Source: a virus (Duplodnaviria; Caudoviricetes). From it: a stretch of 64,000 bases of DNA. Under the pieces are notes generated by a model that was not told where the DNA came from, made no database searches, and saw nothing but the letters and a program-made list of their open reading frames with translations. Shown here in pieces: positions 1-8,642 of the stretch (positions within the stretch are counted from its first letter, which is position 1; the number at the start of each line of letters is the position of its first letter). Made by a program: the position numbers and the translations under genes. Location: the IMG/VR virus record IMGVR_UViG_3300037470_000126, positions 18,369-82,368 of that record; one strand, given 5' to 3'.

Positions 1-2
1 CA

Positions 3-1187
3 TCGAACTTTCTCCGGTGGCTTCTGTACGAACACCTGGAATTGCCTGTCTTCCGACGCGGCAAGGAGAAGGACGACGGTACCCCGGGTGACCCCTCTGT
101 GGCTGAAGGCGTCATGATGGAACTGGCAGAGATCCATCCTGTTGCCCAGCTTCTTCTGGATCGTGTGAAGTGGAACAAATTCTGTTCCTCCTTCTTCGCG
201 GCCTACCTGGAGCTCATTGACGACAACGACCGCATCCACACCACATTCAAGCTCCACGGCACAACCACTGGGCGTCTCTCGTCGGGCAAGGAGAATGACG
301 GCGATAAGATCTCCGCTAAGAAGCAAATCCGCGGAATGAACGTCCAGCAGATCCCCCGAGACAAGTTCATCCGCGGTCTAGTCGGTGCACCCCCCGGTTC
401 GTATTTCGTGGAGTTCGACTATTCCCAGGTTGAGCTCCGCGTGGCTGCCGAACTGTCCAAAGAGCCCACCATGATCCACTTGTACCAGACAGGCCAGGAC
501 ATCCACATGGCTATGGCTATGCAGATGACCGGGAAGCCCGCGCATCTGGTCACGAAGGAAGAGCGGAAGAAAGCCAAGTCCGTGAACTTTGGCTTCCTCT
601 ATGGTATGCAGTGGAAGAAGTACATCCAGACGGCGTGGGAAAGCTACGGGCTCCGGGTCACCGAGGCAGAGGCCCAGGCATTCCGTCAAGCGTTCTTCCA
701 GCAATTCCCGGAGCTTCTCGTCTGGCACCGCAAACAGCGGCAGCTAGTAGCTAAGTACGGGCGCGTAGAGAGCCCTCTCGGGCGCGTTCGTCACCTGCCT
801 GACGTCTACTCGCCGGACCGTGAAGTGAAGTCCGAGGCAGAGCGTCAGGCGATTAACTCGCCGGTCCAGTCGTTCGCCTCTGACCTCATCCTGATATCCC
901 TGGTGATTGCCCACAAGAAATTCCGAGAGATGGGACTCCAGGCTCGTGCCATCGGCACAGTCCATGACGCCATGATCATGGAAGTGCCGGCACATGAGAT
1001 GTCCACCGTTCTCCCGATGGTCAAGGAGATCATGGATAATCCACCCCTAGAAGAGTGGTTCGGCATTCACATGTCCGTACCCCTCGTGGCAGACTGCAAG
1101 GTAGGAACTCACTGGGGCGACGCTATCGAACTAGAGGAGGCACAGACACTCAACTGGGACCCGAGCATCCTGACACAAGCCGCGTAA
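3..1187 (+). CDS. polA: Family A DNA polymerase, C-terminal part (start lies upstream of the window)
   Basis: Motif A EFDYSQVELR, motif B RKKAKSVNFGFLYG, motif C TVHDAM; frame is open from position 3. Confidence 0.97.
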   Translation, partial: SNFLRWLLYEHLELPVFRRGKEKDDGTPGDPSVAEGVMMELAEIHPVAQLLLDRVKWNKFCSSFFAAYLELIDDNDRIHTTFKLHGTTTGRLSSGKENDGDKISAKKQIRGMNVQQIPRDKFIRGLVGAPPGSYFVEFDYSQVELRVAAELSKEPTMIHLYQTGQDIHMAMAMQMTGKPAHLVTKEERKKAKSVNFGFLYGMQWKKYIQTAWESYGLRVTEAEAQAFRQAFFQQFPELLVWHRKQRQLVAKYGRVESPLGRVRHLPDVYSPDREVKSEAERQAINSPVQSFASDLILISLVIAHKKFREMGLQARAIGTVHDAMIMEVPAHEMSTVLPMVKEIMDNPPLEEWFGIHMSVPLVADCKVGTHWGDAIELEEAQTLNWDPSILTQAA

Positions 1188-1194
1188 CTCGCAA

Positions 1195-1215
1195 CCGCAA
1201 ACGAAGGGCTATGAT
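1195..1215 (+). promoter_or_regulatory. Class-2 promoter CCGCAAA-N8-TATGAT, probably giving a leaderless mRNA
   Basis: Same box and 8-bp spacing at five loci; ATG at 1222 is 7 nt after the -10 hexamer. Confidence 0.65.
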
Positions 1216-1221
1216 CAAGTC

Positions 1222-1674
1222 ATGACATCGACACCGTTCCACACCACTGGGCTTGTCTACGACGAGACCCGACAGAAGCCTGGCTGGTACCCAGCTCGTA
1301 TCATCGGTCTCAAGGCTCGCCGCTCCCGGCACGGCAACCCCATGCCCACTGTGGAGTTCGAGACGCCGGCCACCGGTCACATCTACCCCCTGTGGTGCCC
1401 GCTCCCACCCGAGACGGCCAAGAGCTACGCCGACGACCTGGAGAAGTTCAACCAGGTTGCCCGTGCCTGCGACATGCCGGCTCTGACCTGGCACGAGGTC
1501 GTCAACACGATGCCGGTCCAGCGGATGCTCGGCTGCACCGTCGCCGTCCGTCTGGAGTCCGAGCATCACCAGGGCAAGTGGCGTTCCGTGATCAAGGAGG
1601 TCCGACCTCTGTTCGATTTCAAGGTCCGGATCACGTTTCCCACACCCGCCGAGCTTGACGGGGTGTCCGCGTGA
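1222..1674 (+). CDS. DUF669-like OB-fold protein (SSB-like)
   Basis: PGWYPARI..K..SRHGNPM pattern parallels EGEYLGTI..TKSKSGNKM of 3671..4339. Confidence 0.5.
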   Translation: MTSTPFHTTGLVYDETRQKPGWYPARIIGLKARRSRHGNPMPTVEFETPATGHIYPLWCPLPPETAKSYADDLEKFNQVARACDMPALTWHEVVNTMPVQRMLGCTVAVRLESEHHQGKWRSVIKEVRPLFDFKVRITFPTPAELDGVSA

Positions 1675-2777
1675 CTCTGGACATCTCTCAGGGCCTCGCC
1701 GGCAAGCACTTCCCGTTGGAAGTCGTCAGCCAGTCCATGGCCAAGACGTTCAAGCGGTGTCCGCTCCAGTTCAAGTACAAGTACCTAGACGAACTGTCGC
1801 CGCGGGTCTCGTCCAAGCCTCTGACACGAGGCAAGTGGTTCCACTCCCTGCTGGAGACGTACTACACTCCAGAGGACGAGCGAGGGGACGACTACCAGAC
1901 GTGGGAGGAAGTGCATAAGCACATGTCCCACAAGTTCTCCCAGCTCTTTGACGAGGAGAAAGAGGAGCTGGGTGATCTCCCCCGGGAGATGCAACACCTC
2001 ATGGAGTCCTACCTCTGGCACTACAGGAACGACGAGTCCTGGACCGTGCACGAGGTGGAGAAGACCATTGAGGTCCCGCTGCCATTTCTCTCGGGCGTGA
2101 ATCTCAGGCTCCGCCTGGACATGCTCGTGGAGGATGAGTACGGCCTCTGGATCGTGGACCACAAGACCCACAAGACCATCCCCAAGACCACGGACCGCCT
2201 CCTCGACATCCAGTCTCCGCTGTACGTCTGGGCGGCACAGGAAGCGGGCATCCCGGTGTCCGGGTTCCAGTGGAACTACATCCGCACCAAGGCCCCGTCT
2301 GTCCCGAAGATGGCCTACGTGGGTACTCCAAGGCAGCGCCTCTCCAAGGCGGCCTGTGACACGGATTACCCGACGTTCCTCAAGACCATAAAGGAATACC
2401 GCAAGACCTATGGTCTCAAGGTGGACGAGGGGATCAAGCTCTGGGCCGACCGGCTCAAGGCTCAGCGGTACGACTACCACAGTGTCCAGACCTCAGAGTT
2501 CTTCCTCCGGGTTCGCCTGGAGCGAGACGAGGAGCAAATCCAGCGGGCTCTCCGTGAGCTTCACCACACCGCCAAGCGTATCGGCGATTACGACTTTGAC
2601 CCAGACTGGGTGGAGCGTAATCAGGACCGCGGCTGTAACTTCATGTGCTCTTACCGGGACCTGTGTCTCGCGGAATACATGGGCGGTAACGCGGATCTAG
2701 TCCGCCGGAAGAACTACATCCAGCAGGATCCGTGGGCATATTACGAGGAGGGTAAGCCTGACGCTCCGGTGGAGTAA
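1671..2777 (+). CDS. Cas4/RecB-like PD-(D/E)XK exonuclease
   Basis: FKRCP..F and GKWFH near N-terminus, RLDML..IVDHKT nuclease core, C-terminal CNFMCSYRDLC cysteines. Confidence 0.88.
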   Translation: MTLDISQGLAGKHFPLEVVSQSMAKTFKRCPLQFKYKYLDELSPRVSSKPLTRGKWFHSLLETYYTPEDERGDDYQTWEEVHKHMSHKFSQLFDEEKEELGDLPREMQHLMESYLWHYRNDESWTVHEVEKTIEVPLPFLSGVNLRLRLDMLVEDEYGLWIVDHKTHKTIPKTTDRLLDIQSPLYVWAAQEAGIPVSGFQWNYIRTKAPSVPKMAYVGTPRQRLSKAACDTDYPTFLKTIKEYRKTYGLKVDEGIKLWADRLKAQRYDYHSVQTSEFFLRVRLERDEEQIQRALRELHHTAKRIGDYDFDPDWVERNQDRGCNFMCSYRDLCLAEYMGGNADLVRRKNYIQQDPWAYYEEGKPDAPVE

Positions 2778-2805
2778 CACACTCCACGCTCACTGTCAAG
2801 CGAAA

Positions 2806-2826
2806 CCGCAAACACAGTGATAACCT
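2806..2826 (+). promoter_or_regulatory. Class-2 promoter CCGCAAA-N8-TAACCT
   Basis: Repeat of the box at 1195 with identical spacing, intergenic. Confidence 0.65.
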
Positions 2827-2861
2827 CTATCCTATCAACACGACACGACAAGGAGATTCCT

Positions 2862-3671
2862 TTGGCAGTCTCAGCCAAGAAGGATTACGCGGCTATCGCC
2901 GCCGCGAAGATCCAGAAGCCGAGCGGCCAGAAGCGGATGCCTCAGGTTCTGGTCTACGCGAGGAACAAGAAGGGGAAGAGCACTTTCGGTGCCAGCGCCC
3001 CCGACGTCCTCATGATCGACCCGGAGAACGGCACCGATCACCTTCGGAAGGTTGACCCGGCTGTGTGGAAGGTCTCACAGTGGGAAGACCTGGAGGAGGT
3101 GTACCGCTTCCTCCGCCTCGGTACCCACAAGTACAAGTGGGTATGCGTGGACGGTATCACCCGTATCCACAACATGGCCCTCCGATTCGTGATGCAACAG
3201 CAGGAGGAACGAGACCTCGACCGTATTCCTGGGTTCGTCCAGCTCAAGGACTACGGCAAGGCCAACGAACTCCTCAAGGGGATGATGTTGAACTTCCAGG
3301 CCCTGGGAGTCGGCGTCGTCTACACCGTCCAAGAGCGGATGCAAGCGGTGGAGAACACCGCCGAAGAGGACGAGGACGCGGAGGAGTCGGACGTCATGTT
3401 CGTCCCTGACGTGTCCAAGGGAGCCCGTAGCGCCATCAATGCAATGGTGGACGTAATCGGTCGCCTCTACACCGTGCGGACCACCAAGACCGTCAAGCTC
3501 CGGAACGGCGGCACCAAGGAGAAGGAGTACGTCCAGCGCCGTCTGTGGCTGGGTGTGCACCCTCGGTACGACACCGGCTTCCGTTCAGACTACGAACTGC
3601 CGGATTTCCTCACTGACCCGACGGTCCCTCGTCTGGTCGAACTTCTCAACAGTGGAAAGGTCGCTAAGTAA
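2862..3671 (+). CDS. AAA_24/Sak4-like ATPase (recombinase/annealase)
   Basis: Walker A-like ARNKKGKST, ID.E.GT, WVCVDGIT; TTG start after AAGGAG; sits between exonuclease and SSB. Confidence 0.82.
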   Translation: MAVSAKKDYAAIAAAKIQKPSGQKRMPQVLVYARNKKGKSTFGASAPDVLMIDPENGTDHLRKVDPAVWKVSQWEDLEEVYRFLRLGTHKYKWVCVDGITRIHNMALRFVMQQQEERDLDRIPGFVQLKDYGKANELLKGMMLNFQALGVGVVYTVQERMQAVENTAEEDEDAEESDVMFVPDVSKGARSAINAMVDVIGRLYTVRTTKTVKLRNGGTKEKEYVQRRLWLGVHPRYDTGFRSDYELPDFLTDPTVPRLVELLNSGKVAK

Positions 3672-4339
3672 TGGCACAGCAGGAGACCCTAGACTTTTCT
3701 CAGGTACGGGACGCGGGTAACTTCAACCCCAAGCGCAAGACCGAGGGCGAATACCTCGGCACCATCGTGTCGTACGAGGACACCAAGTCCAAGTCCGGCA
3801 ACAAGATGTGGGTCTACGGCATCCAGCTCAAGTCCGACCGCCGTGCCGTGTACCCCGTGTACTGCGTGCTGGACGTCAAGAGCCTGTGGAAGCTCCGTGA
3901 CCTCCTGATGGCCTGCGGCAAGAAGGTCCCCAAGAAGCGGCTGTCCATCAAGGGCGACGTGATCATGGGCAAGGAGGTCGGCATCTTCCTGGAAGACGAC
4001 GAGTACGAGGGCAAGCCCAAGTCCGTCATCACCTCATTCTTCCCCGCCGACGAGTACGAGGGCACCGACGCCGACGGCTCCAACGACGACTCGGACGAGG
4101 ACGAGGAGGTCGAGGAGGAGGAGTACGAGGACGAGGCTCCCGCCGACGACGAGGACGACACCGACGAGGAGTCGGAAGACGACGAGGACGAGGAAGACGA
4201 GGAGGACGAGCCGGAGCCGGCACCCAAGAAGGCTCCTGCCAAGAAGTCTCCCGCGGCTCGCAAGGCCCCGGCCCGTGCCAAGAAGAAGGCCCCGCCGGCT
4301 GACGAGGACGACGACGAGATGGACGTGGAAGATCTCTGA
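3671..4339 (+). CDS. DUF669-like single-stranded DNA-binding protein with long acidic tail
   Basis: OB-like N-terminal domain, D/E-rich linker, PAKK repeats, acidic C-terminus; typical gene position. Confidence 0.72.
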   Translation: MAQQETLDFSQVRDAGNFNPKRKTEGEYLGTIVSYEDTKSKSGNKMWVYGIQLKSDRRAVYPVYCVLDVKSLWKLRDLLMACGKKVPKKRLSIKGDVIMGKEVGIFLEDDEYEGKPKSVITSFFPADEYEGTDADGSNDDSDEDEEVEEEEYEDEAPADDEDDTDEESEDDEDEEDEEDEPEPAPKKAPAKKSPAARKAPARAKKKAPPADEDDDEMDVEDL

Positions 4340-4364
4340 TCTCCCATTCCCCCAGGTCAGAGCG

Positions 4365-4394
4365 TTGACACCGGTAACCCGCTGGTGATACTCT
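4365..4394 (+). promoter_or_regulatory. Sigma70-type promoter
   Basis: TTGACA-18-TACTCT. Confidence 0.65.
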
Positions 4395-4490
4395 CTTGAT
4401 CGTGAGTCCTCACTCTCACGCCATAGGGCCCCGCATCATGTTCCCCTCGGTTCAGATGTGGGGCCCTCTGGTATCTAGACCGGAGCACTC

Positions 4491-4910
4491 ATGCCCAACG
4501 TATTCCACTCGCCGGCGCTGAGAGAGGCACTGGGCTTGCCGGCAAGTCCCACACCCATCGACGCGAGAGCCGACGGAGAGACCATGAGCCAGCCGGAAGC
4601 GCGACTCGGGAGCGCCATCCGCCGTGCGTGTATCGAGCGGGGCGGCTTCGCTTTCAAGATCCATGGCGGACCGACCATGATGGCCGGCCTCCCAGACCTG
4701 ATCTTCTGCTACCGCGGTCAGTTCGTCGCCCTCGAAGTGAAGATGCCAGAGGGTAAAGTCTCTGTGATCCAGAAGCGCCGCATCCGAGAGATCCGAGACG
4801 CTGGCGGTCGTGCGTACGTAGTGCGCTCCGTGAGCGCCGCTATGCGCGTTCTGGACGCCGTAGACAAGTCTCTTGACGCTCACCGCCCGGGAGACTCTGA
4901 GAGCGCCTGA
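4491..4910 (+). CDS. VRR-NUC domain nuclease (resolvase-like)
   Basis: AGLPDLI..ALEVK..Q..I...GG.AYVVRS; alternative start at 4584. Confidence 0.88.
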   Translation: MPNVFHSPALREALGLPASPTPIDARADGETMSQPEARLGSAIRRACIERGGFAFKIHGGPTMMAGLPDLIFCYRGQFVALEVKMPEGKVSVIQKRRIREIRDAGGRAYVVRSVSAAMRVLDAVDKSLDAHRPGDSESA

Positions 4911-4966
4911 GAACGCCGCACAGAGCTTTTCTGTCCCGAGTTTTGTATTACCCTGTTCCACGAGAA

Positions 4967-5001
4967 AGCCCCGTCTCCTCGATCACTCAAGGAGCGGGGC
5001 T
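4967..5001. terminator. Hairpin between convergent genes
   Basis: AGCCCCG...CGGGGCT inverted repeat. Confidence 0.6.
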
Positions 5002-5025
5002 CTCTGCTGTCTGCTGGTGTGGAAC

Positions 5026-5286
5026 TTAGACTCCCATCATGCCGGGGTCGTGGTTGTGGTGCCAGTCCATCGGGTCGAGTTCGTGAGCCAGAGCGAGGTG
5101 ACCCGCAGCCAGCTCCTTGTCGTGGAGACCCATCATCACCTTGTCGGCAGCCTCGTTCATCAGGTCACGGATGCACTGGGGGCACAGCGGGTCATCCTCG
5201 ACGCTGTCCGGCGCGATAACCTCAACCCGACCGCAACGGGTGCACGGGACAGTGTTGGTGAGCTGGGCGTGAAGGTCGTCGGTCAT
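5026..5286 (-). CDS. Small CxxC...CxxC zinc-binding protein
   Basis: CTRC and CPQC motifs, AAGGAG RBS, own promoter. Confidence 0.75.
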   Translation of the reverse strand: MTDDLHAQLTNTVPCTRCGRVEVIAPDSVEDDPLCPQCIRDLMNEAADKVMMGLHDKELAAGHLALAHELDPMDWHHNHDPGMMGV

Positions 5287-5321
5287 GGCGGTGAGCTCCT
5301 TTGCTCTCGACTACACGGACG

Positions 5322-5350
5322 ACGTTACGCCTGTCGTCGGAACGTGTCAA
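5322..5350 (-). promoter_or_regulatory. Sigma70-type promoter
   Basis: TTGACA-17-TAACGT. Confidence 0.75.
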
Positions 5351-5402
5351 GCGCTGAGACCGAGGCGCTGTATGCCCGCCTAAGCGACTGACCCCCGCCG
5401 AG

Positions 5403-5416
5403 GATACCCGGGTATC
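5403..5416. repeat. CCGGGTATCC box, palindromic variant GATACCCGGGTATC
   Basis: Related copies near 7141, 8188, 9607, 10209, 11869 and 12609. Confidence 0.8.
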
Positions 5417-5633
5417 TACGGGCCAGCTAGCGGCGCTTAGAAGCGAAAAGCTCTGTGCGCTCCTCTCGGCGCCTCTCAGACGCTCGCCGAAGAGAGACAC
5501 GCGCGACGTACTGAGAGCTCCTTAGAAGCGCGTACAGGCGCCCTAACGCACGTATTGCGCGCTCTCGATCGCTCACACTCGCAGACATGCGAAAAGGCGC
5601 CCCTCTCGGGACGCCCTCTCTAATCGGGTCGAG

Positions 5634-7019
5634 TCACTCCGCGGCGGGCAGTTCGTCAACGATGGCGCAGCGGGTGAGCTGGGTGGACTTCATGCCCTCC
5701 CACTCCTTGTGCGCCTTCACGGAACCCTTGATCACGTAGCGGGCGCCGATCTCCTCGCCCAGGGTGTCGTTCGAGGCGAACCACTTAACGACGTTGCCCT
5801 CCTCTGTGATCATGGTGTAGAGGGTGGTGCTGCCGTAGTCGCTGTCCAGGTACTTGATGGCCTTGATTTCAACGGTCAGCGTCTCGCGGCTGCCCTTCAC
5901 ACCCGCTGCCTTGTCAGGCGCGGTACCGATGAACTCAGAGGCGGCGTACACGCTGGCCTCACGCTCACGGATCAACGTGCGCTCCAGGTGCTTGGCCCAA
6001 GCCTGCGGGGCAGAGGCGAGGAGGCCGATGTTGCGAGCGGAGACCATCTTGCCTGCGGCAACAGCCTTCATGTTCAGGACGTAGTCAGACGAGCCGGAGA
6101 AGTCGTCGGACAGGATGAACGCGAGAAGCTGGGCAGCCTTGTCGGCAGCCTCGTCGGCAAGCGGGGCGATCTTCGCGGCCCACTCGCGGTCGTGCTTGCT
6201 CTTGCTCGGCGAGAGGGCGGTCATAACGTCGCCCTTCGTGGTGTTGCCGTAAGAGCTGGCGGGCTTGAACCCTTCAAGCTTCACGCAGGCCCAGGCAACG
6301 GCGAGGACGGTCAGCGGGTTGTACTCACGCTCACCGGCTCCCCCGAAGAACGAACCCTCCTCGTCGTCGTCTCCGGACAGCTCGGGGAAGGCAATGGTCG
6401 TGTACTGCCCGGTGAAGTCCTTCAGGCAAGAGCTACCGACCTGGAGCATCTCGCCGGACTCCTGGTTGCGTACGACGTAGGTCACGAGGCGCTGGCGCGT
6501 AGTGCGGCAGTGGTCGCACCAGCCTTCGGTCACGGAGTCGCGGTTCACGCCCTCGACACCCGGGACGGAGCGCACGATCAGGCCAGCGTTCGCGTCCCAA
6601 TCAAGCTTGGCGATGAACTCCCACCCGTTGTACGCGGGGGCGTTGCCGGTGATCTCGACCTTGTACTCGGTCCAGGTCTCGGTGATCTTGGTGAGTTCGT
6701 TGGTCTCGGTGACCTCGACCTCTTCGACGCTCATGGACAGCGTGCCGGCGAGGCCCTTACGCTCGGCGCGGGCGTTGATCTTGTTCAGCTTCTCCTGGGT
6801 GGCGAGGAGCTGGAAGTGGTCGATGCGAGCGCTCATGGCGATCTCGCGGACGGTCACGTCGGTGACAGCCTGGATGGTGTGGGACGGGGTGACGGGCGTC
6901 TGGATCTCGGTGGCGAGCGGCTTAACAACGGGAGCGGAGACACCCTTCGCGGCGGCCTTGCGGCACGCGGCACGCGCGCTCTTGGTCTTCGGGTGGGTGC
7001 AGTTCGCGTGGGCGCTCAT
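5634..7019 (-). CDS. 461-aa hypothetical protein with N-terminal HCHC module, CxxC zinc motif and OB-like C-terminus
   Basis: HANCTHPKTKSARAACR at N-terminus; CDHC...SSCL; GAGGAG RBS; own promoter. Confidence 0.85.
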   Translation of the reverse strand: MSAHANCTHPKTKSARAACRKAAAKGVSAPVVKPLATEIQTPVTPSHTIQAVTDVTVREIAMSARIDHFQLLATQEKLNKINARAERKGLAGTLSMSVEEVEVTETNELTKITETWTEYKVEITGNAPAYNGWEFIAKLDWDANAGLIVRSVPGVEGVNRDSVTEGWCDHCRTTRQRLVTYVVRNQESGEMLQVGSSCLKDFTGQYTTIAFPELSGDDDEEGSFFGGAGEREYNPLTVLAVAWACVKLEGFKPASSYGNTTKGDVMTALSPSKSKHDREWAAKIAPLADEAADKAAQLLAFILSDDFSGSSDYVLNMKAVAAGKMVSARNIGLLASAPQAWAKHLERTLIREREASVYAASEFIGTAPDKAAGVKGSRETLTVEIKAIKYLDSDYGSTTLYTMITEEGNVVKWFASNDTLGEEIGARYVIKGSVKAHKEWEGMKSTQLTRCAIVDELPAAE

Positions 7020-7057
7020 GTCGGGCTCCTCGTCTCGTCGTGTTCTCTCTTGAGAGA

Positions 7058-7086
7058 AGCTTACCAAGTGAAACCGCACGATGCAA
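7058..7086 (-). promoter_or_regulatory. Sigma70-type promoter
   Basis: TTGCAT-17-TAAGCT. Confidence 0.7.
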
Positions 7087-7198
7087 GGCGGGAGCGAAAG
7101 TCGTGTGCGCCCATCTCACGGCGCTATCCGTGCCCGAGGAATGCCGGGTATCCGCCCCTCCCGATCAAGCGTCACACGCCCGTACAGAGCCTTGGGCC

Positions 7199-7210
7199 GT
7201 ACCACACCCA
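7199..7210 (+). repeat. GTACCACACCCA 12-mer
   Basis: Exact copies at 19360 (minus strand), 31812, 38605 and 63861. Confidence 0.8.
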
Positions 7211-7287
7211 ACGTGTGTGCCGGCAAGCTAGCCCGTCCACGAGAAAGGGCCCCGTAGGGCCCCTCTCTGCTACTCTCTCGCCCCCTC

Positions 7288-7719
7288 TCAGTCGGCGAGG
7301 CGGATGTTCCCCGTCAGGTAGTCGCTGGACGAGTACAGCGCGCGCTGGACGGCGCTCTCGGCGTTGGGGTCGATCTGGAAGGCGATGCGCCACAGGCGCT
7401 TGCCGGGCTGGCTCTTGCTGTCCTGGACATAGTCAAGCTGGCCGGTGATCTCGCGGAGGACAACACCCTCGGGCAGACGGTGGTCGTCGTACTTGGCCCA
7501 CCCGGTGACCTTCGTGCCGGCTCGCATCGCAGCGGACAGCTCCTCGTCGGTCAGGGGGGTGAAGCCGGCGATGGTGCTACGGATCTTGCGGCAGTTGGCA
7601 CGGGCCTTCTTCGTGCTCTGGTGGTCACACGCGGCGTGCGAGGTGCCGGCCTTCAGGTACTGCGAGAGGGTCAGGGGGGTCTCGGTGACGGTGGTCTCGG
7701 GGGCGGTGTTCTCAGTCAT
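7288..7719 (-). CDS. Hypothetical protein with HCHC module
   Basis: HAACDHQSTKKARANCR; GAGGAG RBS. Confidence 0.85.
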   Translation of the reverse strand: MTENTAPETTVTETPLTLSQYLKAGTSHAACDHQSTKKARANCRKIRSTIAGFTPLTDEELSAAMRAGTKVTGWAKYDDHRLPEGVVLREITGQLDYVQDSKSQPGKRLWRIAFQIDPNAESAVQRALYSSSDYLTGNIRLAD

Positions 7720-7748
7720 TGTGTGCTCCTCGTGTTGTCGTTGGCACG

Positions 7749-7777
7749 ACTCTAGCATGCCCGTGGCGGTCGTCCAA
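7749..7777 (-). promoter_or_regulatory. Sigma70-type promoter
   Basis: TTGGAC-17-TAGAGT. Confidence 0.65.
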
Positions 7778-7786
7778 GGGGTGAAT

Positions 7787-8101
7787 TCAGGGGCGCATGT
7801 CGTCGGCGAGGATCTCCCACTCGCCCATCAGGCGGGCGGTCTCGTGGACGAGACGAACGGCGAGGGCAGGGTTCCAGTCGGCGAGGCGGTACCCGTGCTC
7901 CTGGGCGACCTCGTCAAGGGTGATGCGGTGGATCATGTTCACGCAACCCTCGGCGCGGGCACGACGGACGAACACGAAGGTGTGGTTAACGATCGTGGCG
8001 GTGGTCTCCTTCACACGCTCACGCCGGCAAGCGGAGCGGGCGGCCTTCGTGGCCTCGTGCTGGCAGCGGCTGTGGTCGGTGGTCTTGCGTGTCGTCGTCA
8101 T
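7787..8101 (-). CDS. Hypothetical protein with HCHC module (probably leaderless)
   Basis: HSRCQHEATKAARSACR; ATG 7 nt after the -10. Confidence 0.85.
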   Translation of the reverse strand: MTTTRKTTDHSRCQHEATKAARSACRRERVKETTATIVNHTFVFVRRARAEGCVNMIHRITLDEVAQEHGYRLADWNPALAVRLVHETARLMGEWEILADDMRP

Positions 8102-8107
8102 GTGACG

Positions 8108-8137
8108 ACCATACACCCTGCCGGCGGTCCCGCGCAA
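8108..8137 (-). promoter_or_regulatory. Sigma70-type promoter
   Basis: TTGCGC-18-TATGGT. Confidence 0.6.
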
Positions 8138-8280
8138 GGGGAGCCCAGAGGCCGTGTGTGCCCGTCTAACGATGGCAGCGGCACGGAGGTATGCCGGGTA
8201 TCCTCTGTCCCGCGTCGGCTCTCAGAAGCCGGCTCAGCCACCGAGAAACCCGCTTGCGCGGGTTCTCTGCTGGGTGCGGC

Positions 8281-8538
8281 TCAGTGGCGGACAGCGGCGA
8301 TGATCTCTTCCACGTCCTTCGTGTTGTCGTAGTACCCTTCGATCAGGGCGGAGTCAATGGCTCCCAGACCGAAGATGATCTCATCGGCGTCGGCGCTGTT
8401 GTCGTAGTACGAGGCGACGAGGGCGGCGATCTTCGTGGCGGTCTCAGTGGCACGAGCCTTGCGAGCGGCGCGGCACTTGGCGCGGGCGGTCTTGGTAGCG
8501 GGGTGGAGGCAGTCGCTGTGGTTCGTGTTCGTCTTCAT
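8281..8538 (-). CDS. Hypothetical protein with HCHC module (probably leaderless)
   Basis: HSDCLHPATKTARAKCR; ATG 7 nt after the -10. Confidence 0.85.
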   Translation of the reverse strand: MKTNTNHSDCLHPATKTARAKCRAARKARATETATKIAALVASYYDNSADADEIIFGLGAIDSALIEGYYDNTKDVEEIIAAVRH

Positions 8539-8544
8539 GTGAGA

Positions 8545-8574
8545 ACAGTACCACGGCCCCACCGGCGAGTGCAA
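8545..8574 (-). promoter_or_regulatory. Sigma70-type promoter
   Basis: TTGCAC-18-TACTGT. Confidence 0.65.
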
Positions 8575-8642
8575 GGGCACAACGCGAGAAAGGGCCTCTC
8601 CCCTTTCGAGAAAGACCCTCGCTCTTATGTGGATTCAGGCTG

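Noticed and set aside
3-1187. Intein or intron in the polymerase (also checked in terL and thyX)
   Set aside because: Motif spacing looks normal, with no intein-like insertion or frame break seen
1671-2777. Cas4-like gene as evidence of a CRISPR system
   Set aside because: No repeat-spacer array or other cas genes; Cas4-like exonucleases are ordinary phage recombination genes beside Sak4 and SSB
3814-4347. Ser-rich minus-strand ORF
   Set aside because: Mirror of the GAC/GAG acidic tail of the SSB gene
5709-7448. 579-aa plus-strand ORF
   Set aside because: Antisense shadow of 5634..7019; no RBS or promoter, whereas the minus-strand gene has both plus the HCHC module
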